Shown here: piece after piece, positions 34,272-43,503 of the stretch | How the letters are laid out: the number at the start of each line of letters is the position of its first letter | Numbering within the stretch: position 1 is the first letter of the stretch | Assembly: GCA_049570475.1 (NCBI GenBank) | Contig: CP186953.1 | Coordinates: forward strand, 896,185 to 960,184 | From: Candidatus Methanosuratincola verstraetei | GTDB lineage: Archaea > Thermoproteota > Methanomethylicia > Methanomethylicales > Methanomethylicaceae | Length of the DNA: 64,000 nt | Direction of reading: 5' to 3' | Translations under genes and position numbers: made by a program | The notes under the pieces: model-generated | The model's database searches: none | Told to the model about the DNA's origin: nothing | What the model saw: only the letters and a program-made list of their open reading frames with translations

Positions 34272-35717
34272 GTGTTAGGTTTGGATACAAAAACCGCTGT
34301 TCAGATATTCGGCACGTTTGCAGAGAGCAAGCCAGTCCAGTTCGCCCTCCGTAGGATGAGCGAGTATTGCCATGAGGATGGTAAGTCGCGGCTCGAGGTC
34401 GCGCTCGAGCTCTACACCGGAGTCAGGGAGGAGGCTTGCCTGAAGTGCAGGATGGCTGAGAAGACTGTTTCTGCCTTCCTATCATTGGGCGGGAAGGCAT
34501 TCGGCGCCAGCAGTGAAGAGATGAAAGATAAGTTCAGGGACAAGTACTGGAGGCGCGGTCTCGCAAATGTCGTGAAGGGGATCTCAATCTTCGGCGTCCG
34601 GAAGCCCTTCGTGCCAGGCGCCCCCTTCCAGGTCGTCTGGAATGTGACCAACAGCTGCAACCTGCGCTGCAAGCACTGCTATGCTAATGCGGGGCAGAAC
34701 CCAGATCTGGATCTCTCCACAGAGGATGCCAAGCGGGTCATAGACAGGATAGCGGAGTGGGGCGTCGTGGTCCTCGCATTCTCTGGCGGGGAGCCGCTGG
34801 TCCGGAGGGACATACTCGAGCTTGCAAGGCACTCCTCTTCAAGGGGCCTCTACACCGCAATAGCCACGAACGGCGTGCTCCTTACGAAAGAGAAGTGCAG
34901 AGAGCTCAGGGAAGCCGGGGTCGAATACCTCCAGATAAGCCTTGACGGGGCGAAGGCAGAGACCCACGACTCGTTCAGGGGGGTAGATGGCATGTTCGCC
35001 AGGACCGTCGAGGGCATCAGGAATGCCGTGGAGGCCGGCTTCTTTGTCAACATCGCAACGACCGTCACAAGGCACAACCTAAAGGAAATCCCTGAGATGA
35101 TGACCCTCTGCGAGGATCTTGGGGTAGACTGGTTCATGATGTACAACTTCGTACCTACCGGCAGAGGGAGGTTCATAGAGGAGAACGACCTCTCGCCCCG
35201 CGAGAGGGAGGATCTGCTCAGGATGCTCTGGGAGAGGATGAAGACGAGCAAATTGAACCTCCTTTCCACTGCGCCGCAGTTCGCTAGGGTTGCGCTCGAG
35301 GCAGAGGGCGCATCCTGCAGCGTCGTTCCTACCCACTTTTCGAACACAGAGCTCCCCGGGCAGCTCCGCTCACTCGCCGATTTCATAGGGGGCTGTGGGG
35401 CAGGGCGTTTCTACATCGCCCTCGAACCGAACGGGGACATGACGCCGTGCGTCTTCTTTCCGAAGAAAGTGGGTAACATCCTCGAGGAATCGCCTGAGCG
35501 CCTCTGGGCTGAGCTGGATGACTTCCGAAGGTTGAGGGACAGAGGATCCCTCCAAGGCGGATGCGGCTCCTGCGACTACAGGTTCGTCTGCGGCGGGTGC
35601 AGAGCCCGGGCGTACGGGTACTTCGGAGACTTCACACTTCCGGATCCGGGGTGCATCCGTAACGAGGATGAGTACGCAAAGCTTACCCGTATCCAAGGCG
35701 CACCTCAAGCAGTTTGA
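34272..35717 (+). CDS. radical SAM protein with C-terminal SPASM-type Cys clusters and ~110-aa N-terminal extension
   Basis: NSCNLRCKHCY (CxxxCxxC), AFSGGEPL, and C-terminal CGAG ... CVFF ... GCGSCDYRFVCGGCRARA. The N-terminal region has CH ... CLKC. Confidence 0.8.
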   Translation: MLGLDTKTAVQIFGTFAESKPVQFALRRMSEYCHEDGKSRLEVALELYTGVREEACLKCRMAEKTVSAFLSLGGKAFGASSEEMKDKFRDKYWRRGLANVVKGISIFGVRKPFVPGAPFQVVWNVTNSCNLRCKHCYANAGQNPDLDLSTEDAKRVIDRIAEWGVVVLAFSGGEPLVRRDILELARHSSSRGLYTAIATNGVLLTKEKCRELREAGVEYLQISLDGAKAETHDSFRGVDGMFARTVEGIRNAVEAGFFVNIATTVTRHNLKEIPEMMTLCEDLGVDWFMMYNFVPTGRGRFIEENDLSPREREDLLRMLWERMKTSKLNLLSTAPQFARVALEAEGASCSVVPTHFSNTELPGQLRSLADFIGGCGAGRFYIALEPNGDMTPCVFFPKKVGNILEESPERLWAELDDFRRLRDRGSLQGGCGSCDYRFVCGGCRARAYGYFGDFTLPDPGCIRNEDEYAKLTRIQGAPQAV

Positions 35718-35804
35718 AAGCGCTGAAGGCGAATGGAAAAAGCTTTTAAACTCAGGAATTTTCTTTCTGCTTGTTCATAATTAATTGGATGGAAGGTTTT
35801 TGGG

Positions 35805-37001
35805 ATGGAAATAAAGAAGATAGCGTTGGCTTATTCTGGCGGTCTTGACACATCTGTGGCGATCAAGTGGCTTTCTGAGAAGTACGGATCCAAGATCGTC
35901 ACAGTAACGGTCGATGTAGGTCAGGAGGAAGACTTCAGAGCAATTGGCGAGAAGGCACTCAATGTGGGGGCAGAGAACCACTACACGGTCGACGCGAAGG
36001 AGGAGTTCATAAGGGAATACGTCTTCCCTTCGATCAAGGCAAACGGGCTATACCAGGGGAAGTACCCTGTCTCCACCGCGCTCAGCAGGCCGCTGATAGC
36101 CAGGAAGCTGATGGATATCGCGCACAGGGAGGGCTGCGACGCCGTTGCCCACGGCTGCACAGGCAAGGGCAACGACCAGCTAAGGATCGAGATATCGTGC
36201 AGGGCGCTCGACCCGACCATGAAGATACTCGCCCCCACCAGGGAATGGGGGATGAGCCGGGATCAGGAGGTCGAGTACGCGATGAAGCACGGCATCCCGG
36301 TGTCTCAGGCTGCTAAGAAATACAGCATAGACCAGAACCTCTGGGGGAGGTCCATCGAGAGCGGTCCGCTCGAGAATCCTTGGAACAGCCCAGAAGAGGA
36401 TGGTTGGGAGTGGACGACCTCGCCGGAGCGCGCACCTGACAAGCCAACCCTCATCGAGCTTGAGTTCAGGAAAGGCGTCCCGGTAGGAATCAACGGGGAG
36501 GCCTGCTCGCCAGTCGAGTTGGTGAGGCGGCTGAACAAGGTGGCCGGCGAGAACGGGGTTGGCAGGATTGACCACATGGAGGACCGGATTGTTGGAATAA
36601 AGTCGCGCGAGACGTATGAGTGCCCTGCCGCCCTCACGATACTTGAGGCTCACAAGGATCTCGAGAAGCTTGTGCTCAACAGGCATGAGCTCAGCTTCAA
36701 GAGGTTGGTCGACGAGCAGTGGACTTTCATGGTCTATGCGGGCTTCTGGGACGATCCCCTGAGGGAGGAGCTCGACGCCTTCCTCAACAAGGCAAACGAT
36801 CGCCTTGACGGGCGGGTCAAGGTCAAGCTCTACAAGGGGTCGATGATCGTTGTCGGCAGGGAGTCTCCCAACTCGGTCTACGACTTCAGGACAGCCACCT
36901 ATGACTCCTCGTCCACCTTCGATCAGTCGCTCTCCAAGGGGTTCGTCGAGCTCTGGGGCCTGCCCACGGTCGTAGCAAGGAAGATCATGTCAGGGCGCTG
37001 A
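35805..37001 (+). CDS. argG: argininosuccinate synthase
   Basis: IALAYSGGLDTSVAIKWL, HGCTGKGNDQLR, SRETYECPAA. Confidence 0.95.
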   Translation: MEIKKIALAYSGGLDTSVAIKWLSEKYGSKIVTVTVDVGQEEDFRAIGEKALNVGAENHYTVDAKEEFIREYVFPSIKANGLYQGKYPVSTALSRPLIARKLMDIAHREGCDAVAHGCTGKGNDQLRIEISCRALDPTMKILAPTREWGMSRDQEVEYAMKHGIPVSQAAKKYSIDQNLWGRSIESGPLENPWNSPEEDGWEWTTSPERAPDKPTLIELEFRKGVPVGINGEACSPVELVRRLNKVAGENGVGRIDHMEDRIVGIKSRETYECPAALTILEAHKDLEKLVLNRHELSFKRLVDEQWTFMVYAGFWDDPLREELDAFLNKANDRLDGRVKVKLYKGSMIVVGRESPNSVYDFRTATYDSSSTFDQSLSKGFVELWGLPTVVARKIMSGR

Positions 37002-37008
37002 GATCCCG

Positions 37009-38511
37009 GTGGGACCTGCCTTGAAGATTACTCGCGGCGGGCGGCTCTCCGGGGATCTGACCGGAGATGTGGCGAGGTTCACCTCATCCGCAGAGCACGA
37101 CCATTACATAGCGGATGCTGTGATCGAGATAAACAAGGCGCACGTCCTTGCGCTGGCGAGCTCCAAATGCATTGGAAAGGGGGATGTGACCGCCCTCCTC
37201 TCAGCCCTCGGCAGCCTGTCTGGCAAGGTGAAGCACGTCCCTCCAGAAATGGAGGACATCCACATGGTCGTCGAGGAGGAGGTCACGCGCCTTGTCGGTC
37301 AGGAGACAGGCGGGAAGATGCATACAGGCAAGAGCCGAAACGATCAGGTTGCGACAGCAATAAGAATGCGTCTGAGGGCCTTTGTCATTGAGATCTGCGA
37401 CGGAATCATCTCGCTCCAGCGCTCGCTGCTCAAAAGGGCCGCTTCGCCCGAAGGCAGGGCAGTCGTGCCCGGATACACCCACCTCCAGCACGCCCAGCCT
37501 GTTACGATCGCACACTGGCTCCTTGCCCACCACGACTCGATCAAGAGGAGCTTCGACAGGCTGATCTGCTCATATCCCAGGGTCAACCTCTGCCCGATGG
37601 GGTCCGCTGCCCTCGCAGGGACTGGGTTCAACATAGACAGGTCCGAGGTCGCGGGATACCTCGGGTTCGATGGTCTGCTGGAAAACACAATGGATGCCGT
37701 CTCCTCCAGGGATTTCGCCATCGAGGTCGTCTCGTCCCTCGCGATCCTGATGGTAGACCTGAGCAGGTTTGCGGAGGAGATGATTGTCTGGTCGTCCTCG
37801 GAATTCGGCTACATCGATCTACCAGACGACCACGCCTCCACGAGCAGCATCATGCCCCAGAAGAAAAACCCTGTCACCCTTGAAATAGTCCGGGCGAAAT
37901 GCGGATCGGTGCTGGGAGATCTGGTCTCTATCGTGGCTATCATGAAGGCACTGCCCCTCGCTTACAACTTGGACATGCAGGAGCTGACTCCGCACCTTTG
38001 GGACGCCTGCGAGTCGGTCTCCCTGTCTGTCAGGGTGCTTGCGGACTTTGTAGACAAAGTAAAGTTCAACGAGTCCAAGATCAGGGCCTCGCTGGACAAG
38101 GGTTCTTCTGTGGCCACAGAACTTGCGGACGTCCTCGTCAGGGAGGGCGGCATACCGTTCCGCAAGGCTCACCACGTTGTAGGGTCTCTAGTCAGGACAC
38201 TATCTGATGAGGGTCTTTCCCTTTCTGAGGTTGACCCGGAGCGACTGCGGGCAATGATATTGGCAGAGTCCGGCATAGATCTGCCAAAAGGATCTGTTGA
38301 GCGCGCGGTCTCGCCAGAAATGAATGTCAACGTGAGGAATGTGCGTGGCGGCCCTTCTTATGCTGAAGCAAAGCGGATGATAATCGAAAGGGTGAGATCC
38401 CTGGAAGGCGAGGAGAAAACTGTAGCGGCTATCCGAGACAAGATCGACAAGGCGAAGGAGGCAATGGCGAAGGAGATTGAGGCTATCCTCCGTTCTGGAG
38501 CAAGTGAGTAG
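37009..38511 (+). CDS. argH: argininosuccinate lyase
   Basis: HTGKSRNDQV, GYTHLQHAQP, TSSIMPQKKNP signature. GTG start. Confidence 0.93.
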   Translation: MGPALKITRGGRLSGDLTGDVARFTSSAEHDHYIADAVIEINKAHVLALASSKCIGKGDVTALLSALGSLSGKVKHVPPEMEDIHMVVEEEVTRLVGQETGGKMHTGKSRNDQVATAIRMRLRAFVIEICDGIISLQRSLLKRAASPEGRAVVPGYTHLQHAQPVTIAHWLLAHHDSIKRSFDRLICSYPRVNLCPMGSAALAGTGFNIDRSEVAGYLGFDGLLENTMDAVSSRDFAIEVVSSLAILMVDLSRFAEEMIVWSSSEFGYIDLPDDHASTSSIMPQKKNPVTLEIVRAKCGSVLGDLVSIVAIMKALPLAYNLDMQELTPHLWDACESVSLSVRVLADFVDKVKFNESKIRASLDKGSSVATELADVLVREGGIPFRKAHHVVGSLVRTLSDEGLSLSEVDPERLRAMILAESGIDLPKGSVERAVSPEMNVNVRNVRGGPSYAEAKRMIIERVRSLEGEEKTVAAIRDKIDKAKEAMAKEIEAILRSGASE

Positions 38512-38695
38512 CAACCTCCTTCACCAGCTTTCCTGTCCTTTCATTCTTAATAATGGCCTCGAGATACTCGGTCCACTTAAGCCCTGTCCTTTCCGCCCAG
38601 ACATTGAAATGCTCCCGCAGCTTCCTCTCTGCCTCGGCGTGCCTATCGCAAGTCCCCTCGACCCCCTCCTCCCTTCCGCAGATCTTGCACTTCAT
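38483..38695 (-). CDS. small Cys/His protein translationally coupled to topA
   Basis: MKCKICGREEGVEGTCDRH ... The ATG overlaps the topA TGA (ATGA). Its 3' end overlaps argH convergently by 29 nt. Confidence 0.5.
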   Translation of the reverse strand: MKCKICGREEGVEGTCDRHAEAERKLREHFNVWAERTGLKWTEYLEAIIKNERTGKLVKEVATHLLQNGG

Positions 38696-40806
38696 CCTTT
38701 CACCCTCAATGGACACCCTGGATTAAGGCATACCCTCCAGGGCTTGGCCCAACCCCCGATGACCAACACGGTGGGATAACCACACGCCCTGCACGCCTCC
38801 CCTGTGGCCTTTATAGTGCCCCTCTGGGGAAGCGGTGCTGAGAAGTTGCACCCTGCGCCATAGTTCGAGCAGCCCACGAACCTCTTGCCAGTCTTCCTTG
38901 AACGGACAATCTTGAGATATCCATTTTTGCATGACGGGCAGGGGCCGATCTTCCCCCTCTGGTCCCTCAATCCGTCTACGAGGGTGCTGATCTCCGCGCC
39001 CGCAGCCTCGAGCTCAGAGATCATGCGTTCAAAAGCTCCTTTGATGGTCTCTGCCCCTCTTATGATTACGGATGAGTATGCCTCTCTGCCCTCCTCTATC
39101 CCCTCCATCCTTTCCTCTAGGTCCCTGGTCAGTCCAATCGACACCAGATCGGGGAAGCGCTTTCTAAGCATCTCGATTACCCCGCGACCCAGATCCGTCA
39201 CGTGGATGCTGCTGCCCGAGATATATCCCCGCCTGTAAAGCGTGCTTATTATCTCTGCGCGGGTTGACTTGGTGCCCAATCCGTTCCTTTCCATGAATCT
39301 GATCAGGCTGCTCTGGTTGAACCTGGGGGGCGGATCGGTGAACCTCTCTTCGACCCACACCCTCTCAGCCCTCGCCGCCTCTCCCTCCTTCGCCTCTGGC
39401 AGCCTTGAGCCGCCGATCTTCACATAGGGTGCGTAGTGTTTCATCCATCCAGGATCGGATACCGATTCTGCCTCGACCTTGAATACGTCGCCCCGTTCCA
39501 GCTCGACCTCTATGGTCTTGAAGGATTTCCGGGCAGGAGGTCCGAAAGTAGATATGAACCTTTTGACTATCAGATCATAAACTTTTCTTGCGTCTGCCCT
39601 GAGTGTATTGGGCTTGATCCCTGTGGGATGGATGGCCGGATGGGCAGGGTCCGACTTCTTGCCCTGCCTAGGCCAGAGGCCCCTCCCGGAATCCGCATAA
39701 TTGAGTATCGAGCTTACGCTCTCCTTATACGCCTCATTCATTCCTAGCTTCGTGAGGATCCCCTTGAAACCTATCGAGGGGGGCAGCTGCTGGCTCGACG
39801 TCCTCGGGTATGATATCAGCCCCTCGAGATAGAGGCCTTCTGCTATCTTCTGTGTTCTCCACGGTTGGAACCCGAAAACCCTGTATGCCTCCCTCTGGAG
39901 CTCCCCGAGATCGAAAGGGTGCGGGGCAGGTATTGTCAACTCGCCCTCCTCGACCCGACGTACAGTTCCTGAGGACCCTTCGCACCTGAGTTTTAGCTCC
40001 TCCCCTTCCCCCTTCCTCAATATCGGGTTTTTTGAGTACTCCGCATTGGCGGTCTCTCCGCTTGATAGGAACCTGATCTCGGCTGCGGAAGTCCAATACG
40101 GGTCTGGGATATGGAGATCTATCTCGTCCTCCATCTTGCACAGCGCGTCAAGCGTAGGGCTCTGGATCCTGCCTGCGCTGAGCACCTCGAAACCTCCTGT
40201 GTTGAAACTGTAGGCGTCCATAATGGCCCTCGAGACGTTCACGCCAAATATCCAGTCGATCTCATGTCTGGCCATCCCTGCGTTTATGACCGGGACGTCG
40301 AGCTCAGAGGTTTTCTCGTATGCCCTTAAGAGCTCGTCTCTCGTGAGTGATGAGAACTTCATCCGCCTTGCCTTCGCGTCTGCACCGCCGCACGCATTCC
40401 TGAGTATCATGAACGCTATCAGGCTCCCTTCAGTGTCGTAATCGCAGGCGCTGATGAACGAGTCCGCCTCCTTCGCCAGCCTTGCGATCTCATCTAGGAA
40501 TCGTTTCACTCGCCTTCCACTCGCCGGCTTCCAGACAAGGTTGAATACGGGAAAGCTCCAGCCCTTGCCTTGCTGCACTGGGCTGTAGAGGTGCCCTAGC
40601 GCGGACACCACTGTGATAGTGTCACCATCCTTCTGGAACCGGTAGAATGGCAAGCCTTGACCAATCCTGCATACACCCCTGCCGCCGAGCGTGTACGCTA
40701 TCTTCTTGGCAGCGCTCGGTTTCTCACAAACAAGTAAGTGGTGAGCCACGCCGCCATCGACCCAAAATTTAATACTTTTGGGGGCTTTATTAAATGTGGT
40801 ATGCAA
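38692..40806 (-). CDS. topA: type IA DNA topoisomerase (archaeal TopA/Topo III-like) with C-terminal zinc ribbons
   Basis: Toprim LLVCEKPSAAKKIA, active-site region ISYPRTSSQQL, and C-terminal CPSC ... C ... CRACG Zn ribbons. The N-terminal start is uncertain. Confidence 0.88.
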   Translation of the reverse strand: MHTTFNKAPKSIKFWVDGGVAHHLLVCEKPSAAKKIAYTLGGRGVCRIGQGLPFYRFQKDGDTITVVSALGHLYSPVQQGKGWSFPVFNLVWKPASGRRVKRFLDEIARLAKEADSFISACDYDTEGSLIAFMILRNACGGADAKARRMKFSSLTRDELLRAYEKTSELDVPVINAGMARHEIDWIFGVNVSRAIMDAYSFNTGGFEVLSAGRIQSPTLDALCKMEDEIDLHIPDPYWTSAAEIRFLSSGETANAEYSKNPILRKGEGEELKLRCEGSSGTVRRVEEGELTIPAPHPFDLGELQREAYRVFGFQPWRTQKIAEGLYLEGLISYPRTSSQQLPPSIGFKGILTKLGMNEAYKESVSSILNYADSGRGLWPRQGKKSDPAHPAIHPTGIKPNTLRADARKVYDLIVKRFISTFGPPARKSFKTIEVELERGDVFKVEAESVSDPGWMKHYAPYVKIGGSRLPEAKEGEAARAERVWVEERFTDPPPRFNQSSLIRFMERNGLGTKSTRAEIISTLYRRGYISGSSIHVTDLGRGVIEMLRKRFPDLVSIGLTRDLEERMEGIEEGREAYSSVIIRGAETIKGAFERMISELEAAGAEISTLVDGLRDQRGKIGPCPSCKNGYLKIVRSRKTGKRFVGCSNYGAGCNFSAPLPQRGTIKATGEACRACGYPTVLVIGGWAKPWRVCLNPGCPLRVKG

Positions 40807-40896
40807 CTCGCTTCGATCAGGTCCAGGTTTCTCTTACTTTCGCTGTCGCTCTTCTACAACGCGGCTTTCGTAGATCGCGTCTGGACTGACCCGAAA

Positions 40897-41358
40897 ATGA
40901 GGCGTACACTCGCAGGCGTAATTGGGACTCTGCTCATAGGCCTATCCGCTGCCGTGTACTCGATTGACCGGATCTTCTTCTCGACGAGCGCTTCACCTTA
41001 CTCCGACTACGGAATATTCCTTGGTCTTCTGCTGTTCCTAGTTGGAGCATGGAGGGGGGGCATGGTGATTGCCTTTGACATTGAGCGATCATGGTCGATC
41101 CTGAGGTCGAAAAAGACAGTGCTCTGCTTTCTGAACGACCATATGCAGTCATCTGCGTACATCGAAGGGATCCTTACAGCATCGCAGGGCTTCGATAAGG
41201 GGAATGGTTTAAAAGTATCCGAGAAGTATTTGAGGTTTGCAGCAGAGGTATGGGCCGAGTCCATGGCCAGGAAAGGTCTGATAAGGATTGAGAGGATCCT
41301 TGAGAATGGTGTTCTGGGTGATCTGATTGCCAATAAGAGTCTTGTGTCATCAATGTAA
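40897..41358 (+). CDS. hypothetical membrane protein
   Basis: ATG 40897 (MRRTLAGVIGTLLIGLSAAVY) followed by a second TM (IFLGLLLFLVGAW). The upstream part of the ORF overlaps the topA start. Confidence 0.45.
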   Translation: MRRTLAGVIGTLLIGLSAAVYSIDRIFFSTSASPYSDYGIFLGLLLFLVGAWRGGMVIAFDIERSWSILRSKKTVLCFLNDHMQSSAYIEGILTASQGFDKGNGLKVSEKYLRFAAEVWAESMARKGLIRIERILENGVLGDLIANKSLVSSM

Positions 41359-41533
41359 AGCAGTCCTCTACGAAGACCCCGAACTCGTTTCCCCAAAAGA
41401 GATACTCGAGAAGAACAACGGGCGGTGCCCAAAGTGCTCAGCACCGCTGAGCTTTGACTCAAACAGCCTTCGGATCTCCATTTCAGACGAGAACAGGCGT
41501 GGCTTCATCAAGCTATTCCAGAAGAATGTCTGA
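41327..41533 (+). CDS. small zinc-ribbon protein
   Basis: CHQC ... CPKC pair in 68 aa. Overlaps the preceding ORF by 32 nt. Confidence 0.4.
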   Translation: MPIRVLCHQCKAVLYEDPELVSPKEILEKNNGRCPKCSAPLSFDSNSLRISISDENRRGFIKLFQKNV

Positions 41534-41901
41534 ATCGGGCCGTCCTTGTTGTGGTGCCACGACAGTTTTAGCTTAAGGGCTCGACAAGAAAGCCTTCGGT
41601 CTCAACCGCGGATCGGTTGTCGATGACCGTTGATGCAGCCACAGGGTATATCGACCTGTCGAAGCCCATCCACCCCCTGGGAAAGGTCTTTCTAACCCCG
41701 TAGTGCTCGGTCTATAAAGACGATAGGATCTTCATCAATGGATGGTAATGGGCGGCGGGATGGCATGAGGCGTGGTCTAGAAGGGCGAGGAATAACCGAC
41801 CCAATGGATCCCTAGGGCAAAACCTGAAGAATTCATTCGAGGAAAAGCGTCAACCATAAATAAAAATAGCAAGAAGCAGAAAGAGGATAGGGGTTGTCAC
41901 A

Positions 41902-42309
41902 ATGTCAGATTTCATTGACATTTCAGGGAATTTGGTTAAGAAGGGGCTGAAATATGCAAAAACGCACGAATGGATAGACCTGTCATCCTCGCCTTCAAAG
42001 GTAGGCATATCGGACTTCGCTCAGCGGAGCCTACACGATGTCGTATATGCGGACCTCCCGAAGGTCGGTCAGGCGGTCAAGCGGGGTCTGACCCTATGCA
42101 CACTGGAGTCGATCAAGGCAGTTGCAGAGGTCTACTCTCCGGTTGACGGCGTGGTGGTCGAGGTGAACGCAGCGCTTGAAAGCAACCCCGAGCTAGTCAA
42201 CAAAGATCCGTACGGTGATGGCTGGCTGGTAAAATTGCAGGTAACGGGCGGAACAGAGGGCCTTCTTGGGGCTGAAGAGTACTCCGATCTGGTCAGGAAA
42301 CAGATCTGA
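41902..42309 (+). CDS. gcvH: glycine cleavage system protein H (lipoyl carrier)
   Basis: YAKTHEWI, the lipoyl-lysine motif LESIKAVAEVYSPVDG, and DPYGDGWL. Confidence 0.9.
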   Translation: MSDFIDISGNLVKKGLKYAKTHEWIDLSSSPSKVGISDFAQRSLHDVVYADLPKVGQAVKRGLTLCTLESIKAVAEVYSPVDGVVVEVNAALESNPELVNKDPYGDGWLVKLQVTGGTEGLLGAEEYSDLVRKQI

Positions 42310-42335
42310 GCTTTTCCCCATGCCTTTTCGGGCCT

Positions 42336-43463
42336 TTACTCGATCCCTTTGACCATCATCATCTTGGCGAAGTTGTAGTCTGCAATCACTCTAATTGGCC
42401 CCAAAAGGTGTGCATCGAGCTCGGGATCCCCTGTGTCGACCCTCAGGGACCTGGTCCACCTCAGCTTTTCCCTGGTCGCAACCACTACCACGTTCTCCTT
42501 CCCCACCATCCTGATTACCCTTGGGCTTATCTGCTGGTTCCCCCTCCCGAAGATGAATCCTTGGTTCCCGATGGGGGAAACAATGATCTTCGCCTTTCGG
42601 TCCTCGACATTCCTGAAGATGATCTCCTCAGGGGCGTCTGCTGCAACGAGAGCTTTGTCCCTAACAATGTCGACGCCGAGCTGCGAGCCATCGATGCCGA
42701 GAACTTGGTTTATCTTCTTGACAGTGCTGCCTGGGCCGAGCACATAAGTCACGCCCCCCTCCATCCCCTCGACTATCCACCTGGCTATGGCTAGGGCATT
42801 TTCGCTGACCTCGTCCCCGGGCTGCGATGCAACCTTCATGCCCTGAATCCTCTCTGGGTCGTAAGGCACGCTCATATACCCGTATATCCTTGATGAAACC
42901 CTCCCCTGCCTGAACGCTTCCTCATCCACATCCGCAACCTCCGCCTCCTTCAGGGGGAGCTCCCCCCAGAGGAACCTTACGAGTATCCAGGCAGCGGCCT
43001 CTGGGCTCACCGCGAAGACACCGCTGTGCATCTTGACCCCCGCAGGGATGCCTATGACCGGGACCTTGTCCCCCACCGTGTTCAAGATGTCCCTGGCGGT
43101 CCCGTCCCCTCCGCAGAACGCAATGACCTCGACCCCTTCCTCAAGCATCCTGGAAGCTGCCAGCTTAGTGTCTTCACTCGTAGTCCTAGCTTTCCTCTCC
43201 ATCCCTTGCACCATCCGGAATGGCAGGGATGCCCTCCTGAACGCATCCTCCCCCATCTCACCAGGGCATGTCAGGAAGTCAATGGCCACTCCTAGTGGCT
43301 TCAATTTCTCCAGGAACCTCGTCGCCCTTCCGACAGAGACCTTGGCTGCACCGAGCTGGATGGCCCTCTCGACCAGGCCGTCGGTGCCTTTCAGCCCGAC
43401 CGCTCCACCCATTCCTGCCACGGGGTTGATGATTAGTCCTGCCTTTCTGATACCCGGCGCCAT
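42336..43463 (-). CDS. ATP-NAD kinase-like family protein (COG3199 type)
   Basis: KAGLIINPVAGMGGAVGLKGTDG, FCGGDGTARD. ATG 43463 is preferred; the ORF is open to 43517, overlapping the ileS end. Confidence 0.65.
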   Translation of the reverse strand: MAPGIRKAGLIINPVAGMGGAVGLKGTDGLVERAIQLGAAKVSVGRATRFLEKLKPLGVAIDFLTCPGEMGEDAFRRASLPFRMVQGMERKARTTSEDTKLAASRMLEEGVEVIAFCGGDGTARDILNTVGDKVPVIGIPAGVKMHSGVFAVSPEAAAWILVRFLWGELPLKEAEVADVDEEAFRQGRVSSRIYGYMSVPYDPERIQGMKVASQPGDEVSENALAIARWIVEGMEGGVTYVLGPGSTVKKINQVLGIDGSQLGVDIVRDKALVAADAPEEIIFRNVEDRKAKIIVSPIGNQGFIFGRGNQQISPRVIRMVGKENVVVVATREKLRWTRSLRVDTGDPELDAHLLGPIRVIADYNFAKMMMVKGIE

Positions 43464-43503
43464 GCTTCCGCCACCAATGACCGCGCAGAGGGGCACACTG
43501 AGT

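Noticed and set aside
41534-41901. Glycine riboswitch, RNase P RNA or SRP RNA upstream of gcvH
   Set aside because: I looked for the glycine aptamer core (GGAGAG ... ACCGAAGGGGCAA ... CUCUGGAGAG) and for the RNase P CR-I motif (GAGGAAAGUCC). I found only loose resemblances (CTGGGAAAGGTC, ACCGACCC ... GGGCAA). Glycine riboswitches are also not established in archaea. The region is kept only as an unexplained ORF-free region in the findings.
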